Positions 12,680 through 26,170 of a stretch of DNA of 64,000 nucleotides are shown one piece after another (the first letter of the stretch is position 1; every line of letters starts with the position of its first letter). A program made the translations under genes and the position numbers. The notes under the pieces were generated by a model. That model searched no databases. It was not told where the DNA came from and saw only the letters and a list, made by a program, of their open reading frames with translations. This DNA comes from Sphyrna mokarran (taxonomy: Eukaryota), in contig JAGIQG010000013.1 of the NCBI GenBank assembly GCA_024679065.1, positions 52,700,001 to 52,764,000 on the forward strand. Reading direction: 5' to 3'.

Positions 12680-13859
12680 CAATAGAAAGGCACTATATCA
12701 ATATTTTTTTAAAATAAACAAAGAGGACATACTACAACACAATTACTCCCAATGGGCAACTGTTCTTGAAGGAAAATGAAGGGCAAAAAATCAGAACCAT
12801 AGTGTAGGAGCCCTATCACTATCTTTCATAGAATGTGGGAATGCGAAATCTGTCTACTGCTTTGACCTGCAACACCTACCACGTGTTAGTTAAATGGGTT
12901 AGATGGAAGACTGTTTTTGGAAAACATTTTGGCTGTGGAGAGCCCCATGCTTGTCAGAAAACAAACAGTTATGAATACAAATACCACATAGCATAAAATG
13001 ATTATTTCCAACGTTACTTAGTGAAACAGCTTAAAGTTATGATGATAAGAGAATGGAAAGTAAGCAAATGGTATCTACAGTTTCTATAAGTGTCAAATAA
13101 AGTGTTATTTGTGGATTCTTGGATAATAAAATGAGAACCTAAAATCAATACATCTCAAAGGACTTCAACAATGAAAGTAATATTTTCACATTTTAATAAC
13201 TGACAAGTTAATGAAGTCATGTGATTAAAAGGCAGCCAAATGTGTCAAGACTACTTTCATTAAATCCATAGGATACCAAGACAACTCAAAAGATTACTGA
13301 ATTAGTGTTCACGTTTTAACAGTTTGTGCAATTATCAGTGAATATAATTCTTGAAAACATAAGCGAACTTTACCATCCATTAAACTGTCATATTAAATGA
13401 CAGATATATAAATCAATTTCGACTGTGCTAATTTGTTTTCTTCGGTCTGAGAAGATGAAGCCATGACTGAGCAATTGGAATGAAAAGTTATTATTTAAAA
13501 GACACAAAGATGGACAAAGATGTTCTTCGTTATTCCCATTTTTGTAAGGAACCAACAATTTTGCTTGATTTATTGATTGAATATCAAATCTAATGAGTCA
13601 CTGTGGTGCTGTATTTGAAACTTGGAAGGATACAGGAGTTGTTCACAAAATGGCAGCAACAATGGCACCAACCTATATTATGGCAGCAAGTGCAGTTCAA
13701 AAACTGCTTAAAGTTCTTTGTATTTCCTCAGGCTATGAAAAATGAAATACAATGGAAGTCTTTTTTAAAATTTATTTTCAACAGCAAGTAATCCAGAACA
13801 ATTTACAAACAAAGGAAGGAAAATGTACAGTGAGACAGGAAAGTACAGATTCAAACAAA

Positions 13860-14520
13860 GTAGCTAAGAGCTTCGTTGAGATGGGTTTAATGGAAGCTCT
13901 AAAAAAAGAAGAATGGCATGGAGATACATCAGGAGGAAATTACAGTCAGATTCAGATAATTGATCTTCCACCTGACAACTGCAGAGCAGAAGGATTATAC
14001 AAGAGTCCAGAATTAGAGGAACAAGGAGCTTTGTGGTGGGAAAGGAGGCTAGTGTGATGGTTGTGCATGAAAACAGAAGTCATTCAGATAATGAAGAGCA
14101 AGATTATGGAATGATTTAAAAATAAGAACGTGAGTGATGCGTGGCAAGAATTTTGCGTGGGACAAAAGTGAGCAATGGAATTTTGGTCAAGTTCCAATTC
14201 ATGTAGGCCAGAAGATGACGAATCAACAAAGCTAAGGTATAGTAAAGCATGAAGGTGACAAAGGCATATCTGAACATTTAAGTAGATCAGCTGAGATAGG
14301 GCACGATCTGGTGAAGCTAGGCAAGTAGAAATAAATGGACTTTGTGATGGAAAGAATTTAGGGTTTTAAGGTCAACACAAGATCAAACAGGACCCCACAA
14401 TTGCAAGCAGTTTGGTTCAACTGGAGAAAATGACTGGGAGAGGAATGGAACCCCTGGCAAGGAGCGAGGCTTGTAATGACTAGTCCACCCAAATTAAGAC
14501 ACAACACTTGATATTCGGCA
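13860..14520 (-). mobile_element. Old L2-like LINE remnant
   Basis: Purine-rich decayed tract with L2-like segments (aaggtcaacacaagatcaaacaggacccc..ttgcaagcagtttggttcaa). Confidence 0.4.
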
Positions 14521-17197
14521 AGTGTTCTGACAATTCAGAAACAGCAGAGGGGGTGAATGCTGTGCTGTAGCATAATGACAATCAGCCCACAGGAGTTAGT
14601 ATTGGAAATTGGCCTGCAGATAGTGAGGAGGCAAAGGATGGATATTTATGCACACCTTGTGTCAATGCAGGTCTCATTCTCATCCACTACCAGCCACTAC
14701 CACTACCACTACCAGCATCGAGCCATAAATAGAAACCAACCCTTCACCTATCCCTCCAGCTGACAAGGACACGGATTCCAAGACGAAAGCAGAAAAAACT
14801 AGCACCCCTACTGAAGCAAGACCTCAGGAAGACTGGCATCAGTAGCTTTAAAAGTGAAAGTCTCTAGTCTGGTTCATGCATCCTGATCTGGTCCTCCCTC
14901 TAATCAACCTCAGGTCAATCACCAAGCAGTGGAACTGACCTTTCTGTGGCAGGGGTATTGTGGAAGAAACAGGCTTGAAAGGGGAGGGATACTATGATGC
15001 CAGAGGGGATTACCAATAAATCTCCCCATGGGCTTCGTAGAATACCAGGTGTAAAGGAATTAGGTGAATGGAGGTCTACCCAATAGGCAAGGAGTAGTTG
15101 GGGGTTTCAGGCAGGCAGTCAAAGGACCCTGGAGCTTGATCTGTACTCGCTGAAGGGTGCTTTACGCTGATTGCAAATAAAAGATAATGGTGATGGAAGA
15201 CTATCCTTGATGAGATTAGTACAAGCATAACTATTTAAACATTCGGAGAGCAGTGTAGAAGTGTTATGCAGCTGACAGTCTTTATTTTCTTTTCTGAGCA
15301 AGGTTTTCAAATGAAAATGATTAAAAAGCAAAATTTTCCTCTTTTGTAGGAAAGAAAGTAGATGGAAATCATATTTTTTGTACATTCAAACAGCCAGATT
15401 GCTCAATTACACAGCTTCGCAGTTTTAACTTTCAAACCAAGTTTGCATTTGAAACAGTGCAAACACAATGGTTTCTACTAATAAGTAATTGTGCAATAGA
15501 CAAAGCAATTTCATCCCACTATTAACCAGAGAAAGAAACATGATAGCTAACTGTACAATGTGGGTGAGCCGGTAAATCACTATTAAACACTGAATTTTCC
15601 AATAAAGAATAAATATTTTATGAAAACATGATAATTTACATGCTTAAGTAATTGCTACTTAGTAATTGTAGAAATAAATCAAAAAATGAAACTGGAATTA
15701 ATCATTTAAAAATTTTGAGTTTTGTCAGCAAAACTATAGAACTGAAGTAAAATGGCCAGCCGACTTTCTAATAAACAGTAGCAGGATGTCTGCCAGATTT
15801 ATTTTTCACCACTGATCACATATTAATTAATTAACATCTGTTATAATCAAATGTTCAATCACCATATATTTAATAAAGCAAGGAAAATAATGACTCACTT
15901 TTTCATTCTTTGTTCAGTACTTCTTACTTGATCATATTAAATTCCATCTGTCTGCCCCTATTTTTCAGCCTACTTATGGATTTTAGACTTGTTGGTTTCT
16001 GTTTGACTTCTCAAATCGAGTGCCTCCCTTCCACCCCAAAATACTTTCGTCATCCCCAACCAATTTTGCCCAAAATTGCATTTGGTTTCAACATCATTAA
16101 TATTAATTAGAAGCACAGATTTTAGAAATGACCTTGGGAGAACTCAACCCAGTACTTCATGCAACTGCAAGTACCCTTTGCTTCCCACACTTCAGTCAAT
16201 TTATTGTCCAATGCACGTTTTACTTCAAATACCCACGGCAGTCTTTAGGGGAGAACTCTGCCAAGCTTTTGAATTTTGAAATCCAGCAGCTTTCACACTG
16301 ATTTGTTCAACAACTTGCCAAATCCACGTGAAGTGTCATTTTTTTCATAAATTCAAGAAAACTTGATAAGGAAAATTTACATTAGCTGCTATTTGCTGTT
16401 ATCATACAGGGCATCTTTAATTTTAATCCTGATTATGTGTTCAGATTCATAGCTACTGCTTTTTTTCTTCTCTGATGTGCACAAGCCAACAAGCCAAATG
16501 TGCAGTCATTTTAATCTCAGCACAGCCATCAAAATAAACAGAACTAATTCATAGTCATTGCTTTTCAACGGCACTATCCAGCTCTTGTTCATTTTGAATT
16601 CTAATTTATTTTATTTGGATAATTGCTGCTACTCAGCTACTCACTCAGGATGGAATCTACAAAAGCTCTTAACTGCTCCATGTTCAAATTAATGCAGTCA
16701 ATGAGTAAAAGTAATGCAGGTTTCAGTACTGAAATTAACAATTAGAGCCATAAGTAAAAAATGCAGAGCAAACATTATTATGAATAGGAAACCAGTTTAT
16801 CTTCTTCATTTGTTCCTTGTTATGGTCTATAGATTTAAGGGTAAGAAAGGATGAAATCTATAAGACTCCCCTTATATCACTTGTTCATTCAACTGCAGGT
16901 AAATGGACGGATTTCCAATTCTAATTCAGTTTTTTCTGGGGTATTAATTTGCCATGCAGGATCAGCTTGGATCTAGGTCCTAAATTTTACCTCCTCTCAA
17001 CAGCTCTCTCTTCTCCTTTCAGATGCTCTTTTTGGTCATCTATGCTAATAACTCCTTTTGCAGTTAAATGTCCAGTCTGATCTGTTTACACTACTCTGTA
17101 GTGCTTTATTCAATGAAAGGTGATATATAAGTCCAAGTTGTTGTAGTTACACTCTTGCTTCTGGTGAGTTTACTACTCATGTCAAGTCCAATCCTGG

Positions 17198-17991
17198 TGG
17201 TAGATGTATATTGCCAACAGTGCTTTAAAGAACTGTAGCCACTCTTTTCAGATCAGCCATCTGCAATGTACGGCAGTTCGTGCAGCCGTAAATCATAGAA
17301 TTCTACAGTGCAGTAGGAGCCACTTGGCCCATCAAGACTTCACCACCACAGTTCCACCTTTGTCCTATCCCTGTAACCCCACACACATTCACTCTGTTAG
17401 TGCCTCTGATACTAAGGGGCAATTTAGCACGGCCAATATCTTTGGACTGACAATCTACATCTTCACTATCTATCTTCTTATTCTCAGATTTATCTCCACA
17501 GTTGTGACTGACAGAGTGCAGGTAAGTAAACTTGTGGGTACTGGAGGCAAGGAACTCACAAAAAGGGTGGGGGGAGGTGCAAACTGTTTGGTGAGAGATG
17601 ACAGTCAGTGCAGTAGTTAGTACTACTACCTCATAGTGCCAGGATTCTACTCCGGCCTCAGTGTCATCGTCTATATGGAGTTTGCACTTTCTGCACGTCT
17701 GCATGGATTTCTTCCAGTGCTCCAGTTTCCTCCCACAGTCCAAAGATATGCAGATTAAACTGATTGGCCATGCTAAATTGCCCCTTAGTATCCGGGGCAC
17801 TAACAGAATAAATGCGTGGGGTTACAGGGATAGGGCAAAGGTGGAACTGTGGTCGGTGAAGTCTCGATGAGCCAACTGTACTGCAGAATTCTATGATTTA
17901 CCGCTGCACAAACTACCACATATTGCAGATGGATGTTCTAAAAAGGGTGGCTAAAGTTCTTTAAAGCACTCTTGACAATATGCATCTACCA
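17198..17991. repeat. Inverted duplication, arms about 17198-17437 and 17763-17991
   Basis: Left tggtagatgtatattg..ctttaaagaact..agccac..ccatctgcaat..gtaaatcatagaattct..aatttagcacggccaat is the reverse complement of right attggccatgctaaattg..agaattctatgatttac..attgcagatgg..gtggct..agttctttaaagcact..caatatgcatctacca. Confidence 0.9.
17610..17897 (+). mobile_element. HE1-like SINE
   Basis: gttagtactactacctcatagtgccagg head, conserved core, tail agaattctatga. Confidence 0.8.
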
Positions 17992-18062
17992 TGCCCCATA
18001 ACACAGCCTACTTATGTAAAAGAGTTTAGGCTCACGTAAAAAGATCAAACCATTAGCTCTTA

Positions 18063-18415
18063 TTTATTTATTCTCTTACGATGAGCCTTGCTGGCAAGGC
18101 TACCATTTGTTACCCATCCATAATTGCCCTTGAACTTAGTGACTTCAGGCAAAGCCATTTCAGAGGGCATGTGGATCTGAAGTCACATATGGGCTAGATT
18201 TCTTTCCCTAAAGGGCATTAATGAACTAGATTGGATAATATGATAATCAATGATAATTTCATGGTCATCATTACTGAGATTAGCTTTCAAACCCATATGT
18301 ATGAATTGAATTCAAAATCTACCAACTGTTTTGGTGGGATTTGAACCCATGCTTCCACAGTATTAGCCTGAGCCTCTTGTACTCCAATGACGTTACCACC
18401 ATGCTGCCATCTTCC
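18063..18415 (-). mobile_element. tRNA-derived SINE of a second family (LINE-like tail)
   Basis: ggtgggatttgaacccatg B-box on minus; tail ctggcaaggctaccatttgttacccatccataattgccctt; homologous to 21541-21890. Confidence 0.7.
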
Positions 18416-18442
18416 CCCTAGCTCTTCACATAGTGTTACTGA

Positions 18443-18580
18443 GGGCGTGATCTTGCCACACCCATTCACATTGTGCTCCCACTGCAGCAAGGTCAGAGAA
18501 TTTCACACATAGCCAAATCTCCACTCATTGCAGAGAGATGGGAAAATCCTACCAGTGTGAGTGACTGTAACATTCCAGCC
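18443..18580. mobile_element. Short MITE with imperfect TIRs
   Basis: Begins GGGCGTGATCTT and ends AACATTCCAGCC. Confidence 0.5.
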
Positions 18581-21391
18581 AAAGGGCCTTGCAAGCTTAC
18601 CTCTACAGGCGAATAACCAGCTGCTTGCCTAAGACCATACTGGCCTTGGTTTGGCCTGTCTGTAAGTAGGTAAGTAGGATAAGTTGCTGCCAATGCTCGC
18701 CCAGGTTAGTCAGACCTACTGGTTGCTTGCCAAAGGAGTACTGTGGACCTGGTTGATTTATATTTTGGATCACTGAGGGAACAATATATGCTATGATGAC
18801 TGTTTTGTACAGTATTAAAGGAGCATTAAATAGCTGTTCCTGATTGGGAAAATCAAATGATTTGATAGTTAAACATTAGTTGGTTTTTTTCTAATCAATT
18901 ATTCTGTTTCTTATGAAGGAGGATGGACAATTGCTTCTCATTGTTCAGTATGACATTTGTGCAAACATATTAAGTATCCCATTTATATGTTGAATCAATA
19001 AATAGGGTCTGAAACTGAATCAGAAAAATATTGTATCACTGACTGTTTCAAACTAGGATGCTTCTGAGCAGTCTTTTCTTCAACCCTTTATATTTGAGTG
19101 CTGCTATTTCAACCACATGTTAAGTGCTAATTGCATGAAAATCTGCCTCAGTGAGTACTCTAGATAATTAAAGTAAATATGGTATTGCTGAATGGACATT
19201 GCAGGGTTATTTAGTAATGTATCATCATTACTCAACTTGCATTTACATTTTACTCACTAGCTTTATGTTTTTTTTTCCACTTTTATTTTATACAAGCCTA
19301 TATATAATAAAATGTTTTACCTGACTTATTGCCCAAAATGGAAATGCAGTAATATAAGTAGAAAGATCATTGCAGAACAAAATTATATATCTGATCTTAC
19401 TCCAACCATTTTAAGAAACTTGATTTTCTCTAACATCTGAATCTTAGCTTCAAAAAAATATTCTGTTCAATCCCCTTCCTGGTCTTCCTGTTGAGCAGGC
19501 AGTAAATATGCACCAGGGAAACTGTCTTATAAGTGAGAAACTTGCTGTGTTTCTGCCTCACTGTAACTTGCATATATCAAGAACTGGATGGCAGCTGCCA
19601 ACTTCTGTAGAACTCAAGCAGAGACGTTGCTGTTGAAAATTCTTTGGGGTTTTACCAGATGCCAGTTATAAATCCATTGGGAGGCCAGTGGGACGTCCAG
19701 ATAAATGCCCATTTTCAGATGTTTCCTTGGCAATTCTGCCAATCACCCATGAAAGTTACAGTAGCATACAACAGCAAAAGCCCTCCTGCTAAACTGTAAG
19801 GTCACATAATTTCTTGGTACCACTTCTGATCAGTTTCTGTATTCAAACACAGAACATAGCCAATAGCACAGAAAGGCAGTATCCTTCTCCTTGTGAGTGT
19901 TTAAATACTTTTGGTGCACATGGGATGCTTTGGTAAAGAATTGTTTGCACCCACCTCTATCTCCTAACAGCTACACATTGAATTCAGAACAATGCATTGC
20001 AACATGTAACTTTTTGCTCGAGGTGGATGGTTTCAAAATTCAATCCAGGAGTATTTTTGTGGCCTGAAGCAATAACATAGTAATGAAAACTGATTAAATT
20101 ATGGCCTAACAAAGAGCAATCATTCTTTAAGCTGGATTTGAATGAAAAGATGGACAGAAGCAATTTGTGGATGGTCTCCCGATTCCAACCTAAATCACTT
20201 CAAACAATGGTGTGATTTTAACAAAGGAAAATTCATTTTCCATGTACTTACTTAAAATGATCTTTGAATATAAATGCCAGCTTTCCTATCATTTGTACTT
20301 GTCTTCTTTGACTTGCCCATGTCATCTCTCATTAGTGGATAACAGAAATGGGATAATGGTGTTTGTTGTATGTATGAGCAGAGCTCCACAGGCCCTTTAC
20401 AGAAAAACTAATCTACATATTTCAATGCCGTTGCAATGTTATTAATGCTTCCGTGCACTTACACAATCCAAGATAAAAATATCAATACCAGTGATGAGAA
20501 GTTAAATGTGCATAGATTTTTCTGACTAAATGCTTCAGTTCAGATTTGGTACTATTTCTATTCAAAACTTTGTTCTGCAGACCAGAAAAAACAAGAAATA
20601 ATGGAAAAAGGCCCTCTGCCGAGCACCTTCTTTCCCAAGAGGTTTCAAGGTGGTTAATGTTAGTATCAATTAATTAAGCTGATGAATAGACGAAAACCAA
20701 CACAAAGATGATTTAAGATTTATATATCCAGCATGAACTGAAGTAAAAACAAGAGTCTAGCTCTCACTTTGTATGACAACTACTTCAATATTAACTCTGT
20801 GAAGAGAAGAATGTTATTTCAATTGCTAGAAGTGGGAGGCAACACTTCAACCAGGCACAAACACACTTATTTCTGATTTAGCCATAATGGATTTGGTGCT
20901 GACTGAGTAACTTACCAAGATAAGTAGATTAATAGTTGAAATATTTAGGTAACAATGAATGCCTCAGACTTTGACAGAGAACTCGGCTTAATGTCTGCAA
21001 GCAAGAGGTCCCAGACACAACATTGCTTGCAGACCAGGAGTGCTTCACAATCTATCCCCAGTTCCACCAAGTTAACTTGCCATGATCTGCTTTCCTGTCA
21101 TTTCAATTGAGCAAACTTCACCATGATCTGATCCCTCCTCCTCATGATCCTCCAATCTGATCTGATCTCTGCCTCCCTACAATCTTCCCCACTTCCCTTA
21201 TTACTTCTTTCCTTCTCTTCTTGCTCTTCAGCACTGCCCCACCCAAGTTATTAAACATTTTACAGCCAGTTATTGAAAGAAGAGATCATATGTCAATTAT
21301 TACTTAGTTTTAAATTCATCCACAAAATGAGACTTTACGAATGTATAGCTTCTGTCGCTACAGCCTAACTCCAGTGTTTATAAATGTACAA

Positions 21392-21464
21392 TGCTCCTGC
21401 CCCGTTTGAAACCAAGGACCTCCTACATGTGAAGCAAACACAATAACCACTACACTGGGGAAAC
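21392..21464 (-). pseudogene. tRNA-Val(CAC) pseudogene
   Basis: Minus strand GTTTCCCCAGTGTAGTGGTTATTGTGTTTGCTTCACATGTAGGAGGTCCTTGGTTTCAAACGGGGCAGGAGCA (73 nt) aligns with vertebrate tRNA-Val-CAC; stems disrupted, several changes consistent with CpG decay. Confidence 0.8.
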
Positions 21465-21540
21465 ACCAAACTTTCTTTAAATCCTTAATGTTCTATTGTG
21501 CAACACATTTTTGGAAGTGCAAGTGACAAAATGCAGGCTT

Positions 21541-21890
21541 TCTTTATTCATTTGTGGGACATGGGCATCACTGGCTGGCCAGCATTTATTGCCTATTCCT
21601 AATTGCCCTTGGAGAGCAGTTAAAAGTCAACCACATTGCTGTAGCTCTGGAGTCATGTGGATGTCAGATCAGGTAAGGACGGCAGATTTCCATCCCTAAA
21701 GGAAGTTATTGAATCAGATGCGTTTTTCTGACAATCAACAATGATTTCATGGTCATCATTAGATTCTTAATTTCAGATATTTTTTAGTGAACCAGCTGTC
21801 ATATGGGATTCGAACACCTGTAGCCCAGAACATTAGGTGACTTTCTGGATTAATAGTCTACCAATAATACCATTAGGCCATCACCTTCCC
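21541..21890 (-). mobile_element. tRNA-derived SINE, second family
   Basis: ttattcatttgtgggacatgggcatcactggctggccagcatttattgcc tail; gggattcgaac B-box; homologous to 18063-18415. Confidence 0.75.
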
Positions 21891-23509
21891 TGTCGGGGAT
21901 TTGATCTCAGGAGTTCTCCCATACTCACTCAATGAAAGCACCAAAGGGGAATCATATTCTTGAATTAATGAGTACCAGTATCTCTTTATACTCTTTTGAG
22001 AACAAAGAAATAAACAAATAAACAAATTAACATATGAATCACCTCTTAAAGGAGCACTGTGACAAAATAAAACAGTAAGAGACACCAGAAGTGGTCTGTA
22101 GTGTAGCACTTATCACACTTACATCACATCCCTGTTTCAAAATGAGCAAAACGTTATATTACCTGAATTTATGTTTCCTTTGAAGATTTGTTTTTGTTTG
22201 AGTGTCCTTTCAGGCATTGTTAATTAATTTGTTGAATTCATTTTATACATATACTCAAAAGAGCACAAAGAGAAACATATAAAACTAAATTAACATGATG
22301 TTCCTGGGGCTGATGATGTACTCCAGCCCTTTAGGTGTCCACTGGACCTGGAACGTCTCAAGTGTACCAAGAGACACCAGTGTGGTCCCCAACAGCGCCG
22401 TTTCACTATTGCCTTCCTCATCCTGCAGCTATCTAGCTTTTCAGTCTTCAAGTTGTTTCAGTAAAGGAGCCATATTCTCTAAGTTGCTGAAGATTTAATT
22501 GAATAGCTTGCTTACAGTCTTGATTTTCATGCGAAAATGAACATGCACATCGAATTGAAGGTGGATTCCTACAAATCTGACAAGCTGCTTAATTACAAAA
22601 TTTGGCAGAAAATGACAATAAGAATATAGCTTACTGAAGTGCGTGGAAATTTAAAAAGAGGAGGCACCCAGTATACTAGAAACTAATCAACCCCATACTT
22701 AAATCTAAGACTGTAGCAAATTAATCACCACACCTCAGAATTATAGGAGAGGAAAGCATGGCAATCCACTCAAATAATTCTGAAGGAGGTAAAATTACAA
22801 GGGTTGGCAAGAACACAAGTAGCATTTGAAGCAGTGATTGGAAAGTAAAAAAAAGCTAAATAGTAGGGCTGACTGGCTATTTTAATCTTGTACTCAGGAG
22901 GGGAATTTAATTTTCAAACTATCAGTAATTGAAGCACACTCCTGAACAGTAAGTGCTATGAACTGAGTAGATAGCCTTTAACCTAATTATAAAAGTTCAT
23001 TTTGATTCTTTCTTGAAGATGGCATCTCAAAATACATAGTAAATTCACTGAAATTTTCATTAATACTGAAGAGTTTTCTCTGACAACAAGAATAGAGTTT
23101 CACAAGCAACTACAGGACACGTTACGTTCACTCAAAGGATTTTGAGAGAAAATTCTGAAACATCGGAATATTAAGATTTCAAGGGTTTATGTTTTTGTGA
23201 CCAGTTTTTACAGAATCCTGGGGAAGTTTTATACACTGTTGTTTGCTGGAAATATGGCTTTGAATGGCAAGAACATTTGTCACTTTCAGAATCCTTAAGC
23301 CACAAACAAGATAGCTTCAAAACTGATGATCATCTGAACTAAATGAAAGGGTAAATTATTTGAAGCATAGAACCTGGTTCTTCATTCATCAAATAAGTTT
23401 GTTTGCTTAATCAAAAAATATCAGGGAGACAGTGTGAAGAAAATCTCAAGCTATGCAGTGTTTAATATAACCAATTTCATAAATCTTAGTTTTCTCTTTA
23501 GAAAAATAT

Positions 23510-23610
23510 TGAAGAAGAGCTAAATGGACTGAAAACACTAACACTGTTTCTATCTCCACAGATGCTGCCATGCCTGAGGTCTTCCACTATTTTCTCTTTT
23601 TATTTGTTTT
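23510..23610 (+). mobile_element. Degenerate Penelope-like terminal fragment
   Basis: gaagaagagc..ggactgaaaac..aacactgtttctatctccacagatgctgcc, homologous to 57804-57940 and 26048-26170. Confidence 0.55.
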
Positions 23611-24279
23611 TAAATTTTTAACACTGCAGAAATTCACAATCTGCTCTTAAAACAATTGGAGCCCAATGTTCTGGCAAAAGAAGGAATATGTGCATATATC
23701 GCGCCTTTGATGATCTCAGATATCCCAAAGCACTTTACTGGCTATGAAATAATTTGAAGTGTAGACACCATTATAACGTAGAATCGCTTTTCCAATACAA
23801 GAAGTATGCCCCAGTGGAAATCATCAGCTCCCATTTCCCAGGCAGTTTTATCAGTGGGATGGATTTTTGGCACTTGCAAGGGCATATCACAGGTCCCTGC
23901 CTTGGATTTAAGCATGCAGTAAAGCATGGGCTTCCCAGCCCAGGTTGTCACGTAGCCTATCGGTAAGCCATCAATCAAGATGTTACAAATATACAATGTA
24001 GAAGAGCCTTGCACTCATGATTCTGGTATTCATACTATTTAATTAAAAACTAGGAAGACAGACCTTATTACTGTCATGCTTGGGTAAATGAGAAGCCTTT
24101 TTAAGATGTAAATGGATAAAGGGCATCAACCATTCTGATAGGTGACTATACATTTCAGTAACTAAGAGAGACAGTCCAACCACTGAACTTGAAGACATAT
24201 GGGAGAAGAAATAAAAATAAAATATACCATAATGGTGCCTGCAAGCTATGGACAACCATCTACCCAACTCTAAGTGATA

Positions 24280-24935
24280 ATAGTGACTGATGAAGGTCCA
24301 AGCTCTCTTGGCCACAACTGGCATAAAAAAAATCAGGTTGTAATGGGCCGAGGTTTTTCAGGTATGAAAAGGGGGGTTACCCAAATTTATGAGAAAATAC
24401 AGAAATATCTTCTGTGATAAAGTAGGCAAAATCAAAAAACAAAGAAAAGTACAAACAGGAACAGCTCTTTGGCCCTCCAAGCCTATGGCAATCAAGGTGC
24501 CCAAACTAAACTTAAAAAAAACCTTCTGTCCTTACTTAGTATCTATCCCTGTATTCCCTACTTGTTCATGCACCTAGAACTATAAGCTAAGATTTATGTG
24601 GAATCCAAAAGCAATTCCGTGGTTCATTAGATTAAGACCAGTACCAAATGCTTTATAAAAGAAAGTGAATATTGAGTTAAACAGGTTGGAAAAACTAAGC
24701 ATTATCCAACCAGTTTAGTTGCTGGATTAGGCAGCACCCTTAGCCCAATATTGAAACCAGATAAGAGCACCAGCATTTATGGTGATTGTAAGCTAATAGT
24801 TAATCAGGCTGCCAAACTGGATAAATAGCCAATCTCAAGAATTGAAGTCCTGTATACATATGAGTCACATATTCCAGCATTAGATGGTGCTTCCAGGAAG
24901 TTTGTTATGATAAACACACACAAAAAGATCTCTTT
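24280..24935 (+). mobile_element. Decayed Gypsy/Ty3 pol fragment, interrupted by a short CR1-like tail (about 24435-24575)
   Basis: Translates with stops and frameshifts as LLGHNWHKKIRL ... RLRPVPNAL*KKVNIELNRLEKLSIIQPV ... PILKPDKSTSIYGDCKLIVNQAAKLDK*PISRIE, the Gypsy protease-RT junction and RT N-terminus. Confidence 0.8.
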
Positions 24936-26047
24936 CAGAAATAAAAAAACAGATCCTAAATAGGAGTTCAGGATCATTGTATTGTAGTATTACCATTTTC
25001 ACTTCAACTTCGTGGTTTCAGATGCATATTAGTAAATCAAAAGGGGAGTAAAACTGGACCATAAGCCAATTAAGGTGGTGGATTTTGATCAAGTAATTTG
25101 ATAGAAACTGTACCCTGACTTCAATCCAATCAAAATTCATATTTTCAAACATGTTCAGTTGGACGACAGCATCTCACAATGATTTCTTGAAACTTGGAAT
25201 GAAATCATCTCATATGATATGAGAGAACAGATTCCACTGTCTGCAATCCCTAAAAGTTATTAAAAAACTAATCATCTGGAAAGTGGAGATTTTGAGTCCT
25301 GTACCTGTGACCTAATGACATCAGACAAATGCAAATCTCTTAGAGTTCAAACAGGAAAGTGAAAATTTGAGAAGCATTAGTATCGTTTGTTCCAGTTAAC
25401 CAAGGAAACTGGAACTTTCAAAGTCAAAATTGTGAAAAAGAAATGACATACAGGCAATGAACCACCTCCCCTTGAAGGAAGAATTAATTTCCAGGAATAC
25501 CCAACCAAATGTAGAACACATTACCTGAGTTTAGCCTGTGAAACCATGATAAATTGAATGCTGCACTGAAGTGATCTCACTCAGGAATGAAGTATAGCAA
25601 AGCAGCTCTGTGCAGCACGACTGTCAATCCAATTAGTCCACGCCAAGGAACTACATCTAGTCAGATCACTCACTCTAATCTTTCTAATTTATTTTGACAA
25701 CCAGTCATCAACTAACTTTTATGTAAAATAGGAAGGGTTGTCAACTCCTATATATTAGTTTTCATATTTCAAGGGCTTTTGAAAGTAAGATTGCTTCACT
25801 AGCAAAATAATTTATGAAAGGAATGGCTGGATCACACTAAAAATACATCTTCCCCGGGCAGCATGTTTATTTTGTCTTTTGATATTCACCCAACTTTTGT
25901 TTTTATGGATTGTTAGGTTTAAATAACCCTGCTCTTTTAAAATTTAGATTAGAATGAAGTATTTGTTTTGTCACAAATAGACTAAGTGTATTCATGTTTC
26001 TAACTTTACATCTTACTCACTGGCATTAAAAATAGCTTCCTGAAACA

Positions 26048-26170
26048 ATCTGATGAAAAATCACAGACTTGGGAAGTTAATTTTGTCCCTCTGCACAAGT
26101 TGCTGGCCGACCTGCTGGGCTTCTGCAGCATTTACAGCTTTCCAGCATCCATTGTATTTTGCTTTTGCAT
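26048..26170 (+). mobile_element. Degenerate Penelope-like terminal fragment
   Basis: ctgatgaaaaatcacagactt..gttaattttg..tgctggccgacctgctggg..ttccagcatccattgtattttgctttt. Confidence 0.5.
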
